From NCBI RefSeq assembly GCF_009914755.1, contig NC_060928.1: a stretch of 64,000 nucleotides of DNA. One strand, given 5' to 3'. Positions 27,563-40,533 of this stretch are shown piece after piece (position 1 is the first letter of the stretch; every line of letters begins with the position of its first letter). A program made the translations under genes and the position numbers. A model generated the notes under the pieces. That model had not been told where the DNA came from and ran no database searches. It saw nothing but the letters and a program-made list of their open reading frames with translations. Origin of the DNA: the human T2T-CHM13v2.0 reference genome, Homo sapiens.

Positions 27563-29204
27563 TTTGTGTTCATGCTTGGTTCTGGATGTTGCTTTTCTTG
27601 AAAGAATTGACATTAAGTGCAGTGAAATAAATCCATTTTGTGTGACATTAAATATTTTTATCGGCTGTGTAATCATATATATAAAATCTCCATTCCTGAT
27701 GAATCCTGAAATATGCTTATAAGGATGACCACATTTATTGTAGAGCAGGAAGACAGCAATGCCAGTTCTATAAAAGCCAAGTTGAAAGAAGCAAGTTTAT
27801 GCATAGTGATCTGGAGTGTCCTTAGTTTATTTTTCATGTACCTCACTTTCATCTTGGTGACCAATTTATCTATATTTGACTAATATATGTATACAAAAAT
27901 AAGATCTGCATAATGCATAACACAAACATCAAAACTATAAAGGACATTATAAGTGAGGTTTCAACTTAATGCTTCATGATTTGTTGACCCTAAATATTGC
28001 TACAGATATTAGCAAAGAGATCGTAGAATAAGAATTTTATTTGGAATAAACTACTCTCTATGTAATCGGCTCCAAAACTTTTAGGAAAAAATGAGTTCCA
28101 AGAGAAGATGAATTGTGAAAATTTGTTGAATGGAACCAGTAGACACAAAAAATTGCTAAAAAAAAAAAAAAAAAAAGTTTAAGAATTAGGTTTTCTCCAT
28201 AGATGAATGACATTTCAGTATAAAACAGTCCTCACGGAATTGCTAATTAAGTAAGAGTTATACAAGCAAAGACTGAATTACAATACTCCACTTCAGTTTA
28301 TCCACCACCTTAGTGCCTAACTTGAAATTTTTTCATCTATTAATTCAGTGTTAACCTGATTAAAATTTTAAAATAATCTGATAAAATTTAATGAAATGGT
28401 CATCTCTCTAATTTTCCAGAAATTCCTCATGTCTATGCCTGTAGTTCTATAAAATTGTAGTCTGAAATCTGGAGAAGAGAAAGAGAGGGAATAAGAGTAA
28501 GTTTTTTTTATTGTGTTATTTATAACAACAAATGGTCTTTTGAGTACCAAATATATAGTCCTTTTATGCACAGGGAGACAAAATTCTAGCTGTTTCAGTA
28601 AATGCTCACTTGTAGATAATTCAAACAATGGAATATTCCAATAACCATTTTCTTTATGTATTAGCAGATAATTTCACAGTGACCTTGAATCACTGCAGCA
28701 TTCCAAAGTGTTCTGAATTATCAGAGTTACAGTTATGGTCAATTTAGTTTTAGTGCTAAGAATATGTTATTAATATGAACTATTTGAAATTGTTACATTA
28801 GACTAATAATCTCTATACGTTGCTTATTAATGTTAGAAGTTCATAGATATCCTTGCTGATCATATGTTTGAAATTTGCTATACTTGACATTTGAAAATAA
28901 ATAATAATGATAATGCTCTAGAGATGTTCTTTTGAAGCACAAGTTTTGACTCTTTCAGAATGCCTTTAAAAACCTTTTTATATTGAAATAAATGATCCTG
29001 TCATGGAGGCTCCTCCCCTGGATTCTCATGCAGCCTTTTTACTGCATGTTATATTGCAATGTTTGTCGACATGTTCATGCCTCCACTAAGACATGAAGCA
29101 TCTAGAGGGAAGGGACTGCCTGTGCGTGTATAATGCATGAACACCTGTTGCATTTAATTGCATAATATGGCCATTTCCCATTTCAGTTTTATGGGTGCCC
29201 AGAC

Positions 29205-29600
29205 TTTTATTCAACAAACATTTATTGAACTCCTGTAATATGATTTTCAGAGTGTCAGGATAAGAACAAGAAAGTTAAAAGATCAAAGATCCAGAGATGT
29301 TTGTTGATCTCCATTCAGTGTCATCTGGTGAATGAAGTAACTAGGCCATAATTACAATGCAAGATCAATGCTACAGGGGCCGACTGGAATACAGAGAATG
29401 AAGAACCCTGGTGTGAAGAAGAGGTGATACATAAATATCACCCTAGACATTGAACTAGGGTTCTCATATAGTGGACAGAGTGGCAAACGCAAAGATGTGG
29501 ATTCAGAAGAGGTCAATGGTGTGGACTGGGAAAAGATCAGTGGGCCTGGATGACAGAGTGTATGAGGGGCTGATGGGAGCTGAAGCAGGAAAAGGACACA
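29205..29600 (-). mobile_element. L2 3' fragment
   Basis: ttattcaacaaacatttattgaactcct is the reverse of the L2 terminus. Confidence 0.6.
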
Positions 29601-29734
29601 GTGGGCTTTGTGCACCTCTATTCTTACACTGCAGGATGCAGATGGGAAAGCAGGAGAGTCAGTGAACGGTGTGGAGTATTGACTGGAAGCAAAGAGGAAA
29701 TGCAGAAAAACAAACTTTACAGCTGCTTATTGAA

Positions 29735-29950
29735 AACAGCTACCATTTATATAGCACTAGACAATTTGCTAGGCTACCTGCATATACTATTTAATGTAAT
29801 CCTTGCAATAGTCCTGTGGGGAGGGACCATTTCCACTAGTTTCCATTTACAGGTGAGAAAAATAAAGCTGCATGGTGCTCAGTGACTTGCCCAGCTATGA
29901 AGGGAGAAAATAGTACAGTCTGTTTTCAAATCCGGAGGCATATGACTCCA
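29735..29950 (-). mobile_element. MIR SINE
   Basis: catttacaggtgagaaaataaagctgcatggtgctcagtgacttgccc. Confidence 0.65.
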
Positions 29951-29984
29951 AAGTAAATTCATATGATCACTGTTCTATGCCTTA

Positions 29985-30345
29985 TGGCCAACGTCTGTTT
30001 CCGGGAACGTGATCAGAGGGGATTACAAAACAAAGCAAGGTATATGTGCCCTGGCCACTCTCCTCAGGCGTCTTGCCATTGGGGCCGGTGGCAAGTCAGA
30101 ACGTCTGCCATGGAGCAGCGAGCCTCAGAGTGTGACGATTGCAGTGAGTGTGTGACATTGAGGTGATTAACTGTCACACTTGTTACACTAAGGCAATTTT
30201 TAAATAAAGGCACATAGTAGAGAGTTTTCCATAATCTGCACAGTTTAGAATTTTAGCGGAACCCAAAAACCACTAGGAACAAAAGAAAACGTGACTACAG
30301 TAACAAGGCAGCCTATGCAAATAGACCCGAGGTCACCCCGAATAT
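29985..30345. promoter_or_regulatory. Candidate enhancer (GAS/STAT site, octamer, CpG retention)
   Basis: TTCCGGGAA at 29999-30007, ATGCAAAT at 30315-30322, AGGTCA at 30330, locally elevated CpG in non-repeat sequence. Confidence 0.3.
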
Positions 30346-32112
30346 GCACTTTTGTGGTCAACTGCCTGACATCCTTGCTGTTTTATGTTCACTATTGTTT
30401 GAAGATCCATATTATTAGTTTGCTCTCCTTTGGCCTGTGAAATTGATCTTACGAATTTTCTTTTCAATCTGTTTCAGTAGGCATCCTAATTTACATTGAA
30501 AATATATGGCCAGTGAAGAAACAGCCTGGAGAGATCTACACTCACATGGATCTTGGTGAGTACGAACATGTGTACATTGTGTTTACTAATCTTTCGGCGG
30601 AGGGCAAAAGGGAGCCCAGAAGAGATGGAGGCCTCTCAACCATGACATATTTGGTTATGTTTTCCGTCATCTGATCTGCTATTGCAGTCAAAAAGCAAAG
30701 CATTAAGTAGATGTTAAAGGCAGAGATGTATTTATTTATGCATTTTCTGGCAGCCAAAAAGTAGAGATGGATTAAATGTGTGGTCTTAGAGCTGGATAGC
30801 TACTTGTATCTATCATCACATGGGTTTGATTTTGTGGATGGGAGTCTCAATCCACATTTAATTAAACTCCCTTGCTCTTTCAAATGAAAGCTCAGGAACA
30901 CATAAAAAAGTGTTTGCTTTTAGTGCAGTGCTTCTGTGGCTTCCAGAATTGGATGGATTTCATCGCATCCTGACTGATCTATCTCAACAGGAAAAATTTA
31001 ATTGATTCCATTTTTGCCTGTGCCTTCTCTTATTTTATTTTAGAGGGATTTAGAATTTGAGTTGTCTGAACGCTTTTGAAGGCTCAGAGCTCCAATTTAG
31101 TGTGAATTTATATTGTAAATTTGCAAAATTCTAGCAATAATATGAATGTGAGTAAACAAAATGTTGATCCAAAACATTTGATTTCATAAAAGACATTTGC
31201 ATAGTATCTAAAAATTAGTGTCAATATTAGCGTCTTTCATGAAGCTCTGAAACTTCCAATAGTTAAAAGAGATAAAGAATATAGAGAAGATTTTAATAAG
31301 TAACATTTCCCTCATATCCCCACTACCCAATGTAAACCCAAATATATTATGACCTGAGTGAGATGAGATTAGAAATGTGACTGAACACAAATAAGTGGAA
31401 CATGATATATTTTATAATCAAAATATCATAAATTCTCTAATTTCCATTTATACAGCATTGTCCTTCTGAGGATCTCAAATAATTTTATATCAATTCATAA
31501 GACAAATCAACATATTAAAAGTAGAAATTACATTGTTGTTATAATATGCTCTGCCTTGAAACAAGCAAATTTGTATATGTCAATTAACTTTTATCATAAA
31601 GGATAAGTGTAGATTATTACTCCTATCAATTTTCTCTAATACTTTGGTGAAAATTAATACTTTTTATAAATATATCCAAATATCTGCCTTTTATTGCTGT
31701 CTTTCATATCTCCAGTCTATTAGAACAAAATATAGTCTATTTCCTGATGATTAAGAATTGTAATTATAAACGCATATTTAAAAATAAAAAATTGAAATAA
31801 GCAGCATTCACTAAAATTTAGAAAATAAGAAAAATTAATATAATCATGCCTGAATTATTACTGGTATATGAAGAAATCACACTAACCAAATTTTATGATC
31901 CACATGCGAAGAAAATTGGAATATTAGGCAAACATTTTAGGTCAGAGCACACAAACTGTTTTGCGTATTATTTTTGTTGCTATTAATGTGAAAAATACAT
32001 AGTTTCCAAGATGCAAACCTTTGCAGCCATATGAATCATTCCTCTGATGTCAACTCAGCCCAGAGTCCATGTTAGAGTCCCATCATACATCTAATTACCC
32101 AACCAGTCAGGG

Positions 32113-32422
32113 ATTTTGGTTTTTTTTTGTTTTTTTGAAACAGGGTCTTGCTCTGTCGTCCAGACCGAGTGCAGTGGCACAATAATGGCTCACTGCAGTC
32201 TCGACCTTCGGGCTCAAGCGGTCCATCCTCCCACCTCACTTCCTGAGTCGCTACGATTAAAAGTGCATGCCACCACACCCAGCTAAGTTTTGTATTTTTT
32301 CGTAGTGATGGGGGTCTCACTAAGTTGCCCAGACTGATCTCAAATGCCTGGGCTCAAGCAGTCCTCTCTCAGTGCAGCCTCTGAAAGTGCGGGGATTACA
32401 GATGTGAGCCAACACGATCCCC
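32113..32422 (-). mobile_element. Alu (AluJ)
   Basis: acagggtcttgctctg...ggctcactgcagtctcgacc..gggctcaagc..gttgcccagactg are J-subfamily diagnostics. Confidence 0.92.
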
Positions 32423-32894
32423 CAGGATTTTTTTTTAACAATTTTTTTCAAATTAGCCTAGAAATATTGGAAACTAATATAATGAATCCACAAGATACAT
32501 TTATTTATTTATTTAATTTATTTCGTGGTTCAGCCATCCTATCAATTAAGGGAAATATTGATAGGGTGGCTAAACCATGAAATAAATAAATGTATTGTGT
32601 GGATTCATTATATATTTGCCAAAATTTTTCGGTGTAATTAATTATGCAAATATTTTGTCTAGTCTTAACAAACATTAAAACTTGCTCACCATACGTGAAA
32701 CAGTTTGCCAGATTTGGACAGCAGCAAGTCCTATGAGGGCAAAGTGGCCAGGGCAAAACTCGGGGGATCATCTGGAAGCACTGCCTTTAGGACAGAGCCT
32801 CATCAAGCTAAGCTCATAACTATGACGTGCAGAAGACATTGCCCTAGTCATGGTTTGTGCTTGGGCATCGCATGAGACCTGGCTTGCCCCAGGG

Positions 32895-33350
32895 CTGTTG
32901 GGTTCCATCAGGGAATATTTGGCCTGTGCAAACAGGATTTTGAAGGAGATTTGAATGGAAAGCGTATTTACAGAGGTATGGGCAGAGCTGTGGGAACCCA
33001 GGGGGATACTGAAGCCTCCTGGTAGCAGCAGAAAGCCATCACCACTCCTAGACTCAAAGGATCACAGCTGTGGGAGACGGATGCTGAAGAGAATCTGTGG
33101 CTTTTGGCAGAGCCCCACTACTGGTCCATTATTCAGTAGGAAAGGAGTCTGGGAATAAATAGTCCAATCTCATTATTCTTGTGTCCTCTGACAATCTGCC
33201 TAAATTTCCCATTGGTTACGCCTAATAGAGAAGTCTGAGAAAGGGAGACCATTAATGCAAGTCATTAAAGGTCAGCCTCCCAGGGCACAAAACAAGTTGG
33301 AAAAGGGTGAAGACAGAATTTGGTTGAACAAACAGATCTCAGCCAGCACA
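32895..33350 (-). mobile_element. ERVL LTR (LTR33-like)
   Basis: gtatttacagaggtatgggcag...aaggtcagcctcccagggcaca...ccagcaca end. Confidence 0.65.
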
Positions 33351-33374
33351 CCAGGCCTGCTGGAGGATGGTCAC

Positions 33375-33609
33375 CAGGGCTGTGCTAAGCCATGCTGGAC
33401 CCAAGACTAAAGGAAATATCTGTAATGATGATGCTGTCTTGCTTAAAACTTTGATATTGTTGTTTATCATAGTTTTTTGCCATTGATCTTATTTTTAAGA
33501 TGTGGCATTACAATATTATTTATCCTGATTACTCAGTTTTTTTGGTAACCCCTTAAATTTTGCGCTCAAGATGAGTATCTCACTCCCCAAACTCGAATCT
33601 CAGCCCAGG
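33375..33609 (-). mobile_element. hAT MITE (MER96B-like)
   Basis: aatattatttatcctgattactcagttttttggtaaccccttaaattttgcgc matches the reverse of recalled MER96B. Confidence 0.7.
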
Positions 33610-34776
33610 TAATTGGAGTCAATATACTGCATTTTGCTTTCTGATGATTACCCATAATTTTACTGTGTGTTTCATTATGTGTGTTTCTTTCATTAATACA
33701 TTGTGAATAACTCTTTTAAAACCCAAGTTCTGAAAAACTGTGTGCACACCTGATGTATTTTATAATATGAAGTCTGGAGAGCATCCCTGTTTTCTGAAAC
33801 AAGCAAGGTTATGTATCCTGATAAACTTTCTTTCCCGGAAACTGCTGTGTTTGGATCCTTTGTTTGTGACCTGACCCCTAGAGATCAGCTCATCCTTGAA
33901 TGACAGCTGGTAAATAAATGACCAGCAACATTTTATTCTGTGGCTTCTCTGCCCCTTGACCCCGCTAGAGTCGAAGATTTATGAGGGCAAGGATAGCGGT
34001 TTTTGTTGTTGATGTTGTTGACCTCACCACTCTAGCAATACATACTGATTAATACAACAAATGAATTAATCAACAACCATATCATATGGGAACCATGGAT
34101 ATCAGATAACACATCTCCGGCTAAAGGAAAACAGGATAACCACCTCATTAGGTGCTCCTGCTAACCTTTTGTCTTCTTGTTTGTGATGACTTAGAATCAG
34201 AACATTCAACTATGGAAAAACTGGGGGATTTATTACAAGTGGCTGGAGAGCCTTATGAAGCTACATACAAATGCTAGAGCATTCAATTTCTTTTGCTTGG
34301 GACATATCTCCTCCCAGCTAATCTCCATTCATCCATGGGTACTATGTACTACAGAATCAAAAGGAGAGCGTGGAGGAAATGATGTCATGAGCGTCTGTGA
34401 AGCTCCTTACATAAGTCACTACAGTAAAGTTGGAATTCTTGACGCTGTCACTAGAATACAACAATTTAACACTTGACTACATAAAATTCTTAAATATCTA
34501 AAGCACTGGGATTTTGAATTAAAATACATTTATTATTTAGAATGTCACATGCTTTTTATTAGCTGTTGGTAGGTATGTTCACAGTGAATGAGACATGAAT
34601 CGACGTGAGCTCAAATGTGAAAACTAGACATTTCAATTTTGGACTTTGTTATTTGAAGGTATACTAAGGAAAGATCTCTGACACAGCAGCTGTGGACAAC
34701 AGTTTACAATGATCTAACTAGCTCACATTAGAATTTCCCAAATGTGTTTCTGTGGGATGTTAATAGGTGATGTATG

Positions 34777-34778
<2 letters not shown>

Positions 34779-34816
<38 letters not shown>
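34779..34816. repeat. (GT)n microsatellite
   Basis: ~18 uninterrupted GT units. Confidence 0.97.
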
Positions 34817-34817
<1 letters not shown>

Positions 34818-35068
34818 ATGCGTTGATGGTAGTGAAGGTGATTACGTGGTTGAATACTTTTGCTAAGTGCTGGGCTAAACAGATTCTTTCAACCTACTGG
34901 GAGCCTAATATGATTATTTGAATCTTTAATCTTTAAGAAGGATGTGCGACATTTGCCACAAAGTATGTGACTACAGTACCCATTTTCCCATAGCATTTCA
35001 CAGGATTTTGAATTCCCAGAAAACATTTTGGAAAGTGCTGGTGTCTTCAATAGTAATACTTTTAGTTC

Positions 35069-35310
35069 TGTATTAGTTTCCAATTGCTGCTGCAAAAAAA
35101 TTACCACAACTTAGATACTTGCAACCACACAAATTAATTTCGCTGTAGCTCTGGAGGTCCCAATTCTGAGGTGAGTTTTACACAACTAAGATTGCAGTGT
35201 CCGCAAGGCCGCGTTCCTTCTCGAGGCTCTGCGGAGCAGAGACGCCCTGGTCTTGCCGTTTCCAGCTCCTCAGGGCTGCCCGTGCACTCTTTGGCCCTGG
35301 CGCTCCAACT
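35069..35310 (-). mobile_element. MLT1D-like LTR fragment (CpG-rich)
   Basis: tgtattagtttccaattgctgctg...ttaccacaacttag...ctctggaggtc...gttccttctcgaggctct. Confidence 0.8.
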
Positions 35311-35607
35311 TGCAATTCTGTCATAAGATCTCCTTTTTCCTGTAAAATCGTCAAAGATGCTCCAAGAATCACGTTTGAACAGGTCTCATTCATTTTAAAG
35401 TAATCTCATGTAATTTCAAAAGCATGTTGAGTATCCACTCCGGGGATGACTTTCACTCATGCGATGTGAGGTGTTCATCCCAATGAAATGCAATCTAGCC
35501 CTTAAATAATGAATTATTTAATTGTAGATGTAAAATTAGTTCCCAGGTATTTAAACTTCAAAGAAGAATATAAATGGCCTAAAAACAACTCACAAAAGTG
35601 CTTCAGG

Positions 35608-35890
35608 GGCTGGGCGCGGCGGCTCACGCCTGTAATCCCAGCACTTTGGGAGGCTGAGGCGGGCGGATCACGAGGTCAGGAGTTCGAGACCAGGCGGGCT
35701 AACATGGTGAAACCCCGTCTCTACTAAAAATACAAAAATTAGCTGGGTGTGGTGGCGGCTACACAGGAGGCTGAAGCAGGAGAATGGCGTGAACTCAGGA
35801 GGCAGAGGTTGCAGTGAGCTGAGATCATGCCATTGCACTCCAGCCTGGGCGACAGGGTGAGACTTCGTCTCAAAAAAAAAAAAAAAAAAA
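35608..35890 (+). mobile_element. Alu (AluY/Sg-like) with a short internal deletion in the right arm
   Basis: ggagaatggcgtgaac Y-type diagnostic; TSD aaaagtgcttcagg/aaaagtgcttgagg. Confidence 0.95.
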
Positions 35891-36358
35891 GTGCTTGAGG
35901 GTGCACGCCAGGGGTCAAACAATGGGTAGTGTTCTGACCTGTTAAAATTTGGAGAAGCAGCCAGGGCTGAGACAACAGTGCAAAATGAATGCCCGAAAAT
36001 ATCTCAGTTAAACGCAGGAAATTGGTGTTTCACACGTGTTCCTAGGAGCCAAATGTGAGAGTAAGGTATAATACATGTGACAGAATGGGAATGAAGAAGT
36101 CTGGAAAAGCAGACTGAGGCCAGATGGTATTTTCTCTTATGCTTTGAATGAGGTAATTTGTCTTAACATGGTTGGTAGTTAATTTGGTTGTTTATAATTT
36201 TTTCAACAAATAATTATGAGCACCTACCAGTGTCTAACCTCACCCTGGGTGTAGAGGTGATGGAGAGCCATCAAAGGCTTTTCACCGGGGCAGTGGTAAA
36301 ATCATGCAGAGCTTTAGAAAGTCAATTCTGGCAGCAAATTCGAATAAATGGGGGGCTC

Positions 36359-37137
36359 TGTATTAGTTTGCTAGGACTGCTGTAGCAAAGTGCTACCAAC
36401 GAAGGGGCTTAAACACAGGAGTTTATTGTCATAGTCCTGGAGGCCAGAAGTCCAACGTCAAGGTGCGAGCAGAGTCATGCTCCCCCTGAAGGTGCCAGGG
36501 AATGATCTGTGCTGGGCCTCTCTCCTGGCTGCCTGCAGTTCCAGTGGCAGCGTAACTGCAGTCCTCACATGCTGTTCTCTGTGTGTGTGTGTCTCTGTGG
36601 CTGTGTCCAAATTTTCCCTTTTTAGAAGGTCATGTTTTATTAAGTCATATTGGATGACTGTGCCCACCCTAACGATTTCCTCTTAACTGACCATCTGCAA
36701 AGACCCTGCTGTGGTCTGAATGTTTATGTTCCCCCCAATACCTATGCAAAACCTAACCCCCAAGGTGATGGTATTAAGAGGTGGGACCTTTGGGAGGTGA
36801 TGGGTCAGGAGGACTTCCCCCCTCATGAATTGAATCAGTGGCCCATAAAAGAGGCCTGACAGCACTTGTTCACTCCTTGTGCCATGTGGGCACACATAGA
36901 AGGCACCATCTATGAGGAATGGGTCCCTACCAGAAAGGGAATCTTGATTTTGGACTTCCCAGTCTCCAGAACTGTGAGCAATCAATTTCTGTTCATAAAA
37001 TTACCCAGTTTTGTTTATTTTGCTATTTTGCATGAATGGACTAAGACAGACCCTATTTGCAGATAAGGTCAAATTCATAGGTTCTAGCAGTTAGTGCTTC
37101 AACATCTCTTTGGGGAGATATAATTCAACCCGTAACC
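36359..37137 (-). mobile_element. MLT1 (B/C-like) LTR interrupted by a second MaLR LTR
   Basis: tgtattagtttgctaggactgctg...catctgcaaagaccc [insert] gaccctatttgcagataaggtc...aattcaacccgtaac. Confidence 0.85.
36707..37048 (+). mobile_element. MaLR LTR (MLT1A/MSTD-like) nested in the MLT1
   Basis: tgctgtggtctgaatgttt...ggactaagaca with perfect 5-bp TSD gaccc (36702-36706, 37049-37053). Confidence 0.9.
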
Positions 37138-39209
37138 CACTGGAAGTGGAGGATGGAGGAAGTGGGAAATCTAGTTAATTTTCAGTGGTTTTGGAAGACG
37201 TGCCTGGGCAGAAGTGAGGAACTTGCAGTGTCCTTAGGAAATAACGGGAGCCCAAATGAGGGCAATGGCAGCAGGATGGGAGGAGGTCCTGCATGCCATA
37301 TCGAGCATCCACACCACAGCACTATTTATCATGAATCTGCTTCTGAAAACTTCAGCATAAGCAGTACAACTTCTCGTTTATTGCTTTTTGCTAAGATGAA
37401 ACAGAACTAAAAATGTGCTGAAAACTGTAAACTCTCCCATACATTTCTCATCATGATTCTCTTTCTACTACTGACCAGATAATGAAAATAATCAGCACTA
37501 TCTACACAGCACAAATATTTTCATTTATATTAAATTGGATATGCTTTTTCTTTTTTAAAAATGACCAGCATTGCATTTTAAAGTGACTTTTTTTTTCTTT
37601 TTTCTACTGACTGTACATTTCTGACTTTATGTATTGGCAACTGGAAGATTTCAACATTATTCTATATTTGAATCAAATGCATATACTTTTCTTTCCAAAT
37701 GTAAGCAAATTGCGATCATCTGGGAGTGAATGTTTTTAAGAATCATGCAATACTTAGTCTTCAAGAAACTTGTCACGCAGAAAATCCTTGGTGTATGAAT
37801 TTTTGCAGCCCGTCTTATTTAATGAATGTTCTAAGAAGACTTCAAAAAGACAAATTAAAATCAGTTGTCCCTGACAACTGAGGAATATCAAGAGCTTTTT
37901 AATAAATTTATTTAAGACTGAATATGGGTCAAAATATTTTTATACCCATTCTTAGAACTGACAGATTGTCACATTTGTTAGTGTGGGTGAAAATAATATT
38001 ATATTTCAAAAATCAATGAAAAATAAAAGTTAAATTGAAATGTCACATATGGTATTATAAGCAATTGTGCCACTCCTGCATATTAAAATTAAACATAAGC
38101 ATAGGCAACCAGCCCTTGGTTTCTGAAAGTCTTCACAACTTAGCCTGAGAAATACAAAACCATTTTCCCTCTTGTTCCCTTCACCAACTTTTGACTCAGA
38201 TCCCTTTTTCTTTGCTTCTGAAACTGCCCCAGGTCACCCCCTAGGCAGCCAGCCAGTCTAAAAGAATCAAAGTAGCTATTTTACAGGGCTTTGCTCATTA
38301 TGATTTCAGCAAACCCTTTCCATGCTCCTGTTTCCCTCTGACACACTTCTCAGAAGAGAGATATTGGCTTACACTTGTGCATTTGTGTCCTCAGAAATTA
38401 CTGTTCATACATAATTGCCTTGTATTTAGAGTGCCCTGACAAGATTCTTCTTGCTCTTACAATTAGAAGTAGTAGAATGTATTTTGCCATTCCAATGCCA
38501 AGAACAAAACTCAAGTCTCTCAAGATTCAAGATTCATGGAGAGCTGGCAAGCCAGGAACTCTTACTGCAAAGGAAAGAGATTTAAGGAGGCTTAGAAGAG
38601 AAGTTGTAAGGAATTGGAATGCTAATATTTCTTGCCAAATCAAACTTTCTGGAGGTATAATTACTGTAATTAGAAATAGGTGACATTTTCCTTGAGATAT
38701 TTATATACAGAGCTCAAATCCAAAGGAAAAGCACTCGTTTTGTACCATCTCTCTTCTCAATATCTCTCTCTGTCTTTCTGTCTTGTCCAATTAGGAAATT
38801 CAGTGGTAGCTAAAACACAACTTTGCCTACTTTAGAATTCTGTCTGTGTCTAAGCCCCAGAATACAACTTTTAATAACTCCAAGCCTCCTTGAAAAGGTG
38901 ACAACAAGACAGCTTTGACATTTTGTGCACATTCATCCTTACTGCTGGGAAAACCACAAAACCTGGAGTCTGCCAATGGAGCATCAATAATCTTTGTGTC
39001 ATAGGTGAAGACCAGTAAAATTAGCACTTAAGACAATTCTTCCTGGCTTTCCTAAACAAATTCGTGAAAAGAAGTGGATTCGTCTTTCTCTACTCTTAGC
39101 TCGTCTATTTGAGTATATACTTTCTTCTTTGAAGACATCGTTCGTTTTCATGGATTTCTTATCAACCTCTTTGTGGCTGACTTCCAGCCCTTTCATTAGC
39201 ATGGTCTGC

Positions 39210-39835
39210 ACGTGTAAATCATCTGACTCGTTTAGCTTTCCAGCTTTGTCTCTCGCCTCCCTTCCTTCCCTCCCGCTTCACCCCTGCCCCTCTTTGTCTA
39301 GGCACAGTGGAGTTCCTCTGATCCCCAAACCGATGTTCCTTCACATTGCTGTGCTTACTATTCTAATGTCCTTTTATTTCTCTATTTTCAAAAAATGCAT
39401 TCTACTTGGTAGTTTTCTCTCTATGGAAGCTTCATCTGAAGACTTCTATCTTAAAACAAATTTTTCTCTTTTTTTTAACTCCAGAAAACTTTGTTCTAGT
39501 ATTTACCATATTTCATTGAAATGATACAATAATTCACACAGAGTAGATAATAAATATCTCTTTAATTAATTAATCATGTATATTTTATTCTCAGCACTCT
39601 CTTTACCAAATTGCCAGGGCATTAGAAACTCCCTCCTCTGTAACCCATAGAAGCTCTACATATTGCCTTTATCACATTACCTGGCAGCTAATCATTGGCG
39701 TTGTTTCTCCTCAGATACCCCAGACATCACAAACTCCTTGAGGTTACAGCTTGTGTTGCACTCATCTTTATATTCTGAATCTAACATTGTGACTGGCACA
39801 GAGCAGACACCTGGTGAGTATTGAATGAGTGACTA
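39210..39835 (+). mobile_element. L2 3' relics
   Basis: aaactccttgaggttacagcttgtg...tggcacagagcagacac...ttgaatgagtga L2 terminus. Confidence 0.55.
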
Positions 39836-39880
39836 AACTCAAAGGGCAGCACATACAGTCTCCAAGGTATGTGTTATGAC

Positions 39881-40278
39881 TGCATTAGGCTGTTTTTGTA
39901 TTGCTATAAAGAAATACCTGTCACTAGGTAATGTATAAAGAAAAGAGGGTTAATTGGTTCATGGTTCTGCAGACAGTACAAGGAGTGTGATGCTACCATC
40001 TGCTTCTGTGGAGGCCTCAGGAGGCTTACAGTCATGGTGGAAGGTGAAGGAGGAGCAGTCATTTCACATGGCAACAGCAGAAGCAAGAGGAAGATATGGA
40101 CGGAGCCACTTTTAAACAACCGGATCTCTCGAGAACCCGTTCATGATCTGGAGGACAGCACCAAGCCATGAGGGATCCACCCCTCTGGCCCACACACCTC
40201 CCCCAGGCCACACCCCAGCATTGAGGATGACATTTCCACATGAGATTTGGAGGGGTCAGGCATCCAAACCCCATGTCA
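39881..40278 (-). mobile_element. MaLR solo LTR (MSTA/MSTB-like)
   Basis: tgcattaggctgtttttgtattgctataaagaaatacctg...catccaaaccccatgtca; perfect TSD atgac. Confidence 0.92.
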
Positions 40279-40431
40279 ATGACCTTTCTCTCCCAGTGAT
40301 GTCAGAGGACACTTATCATTTGTGCCACGCTAACCTGTGGGTACAGCCTGATTCTTATTTTCCCTTTGTTTATTTACTCATTTTTTTTGTTTGTGAATTT
40401 TGTCTCTCCACTGGGCCATTAATTAATTCAT

Positions 40432-40496
40432 TATATTAGTTAGAATTCTCCAGAGAAACAGAACCAACAAGAGATAGATAGATGATAGATAGATAT

Positions 40497-40533
<37 letters not shown>

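Noticed and set aside
38375-39524. Several 66-131 aa ORFs in partly unique sequence
   Set aside because: No recognisable homology, domain or convincing splice-site pairing; partly L2-derived.
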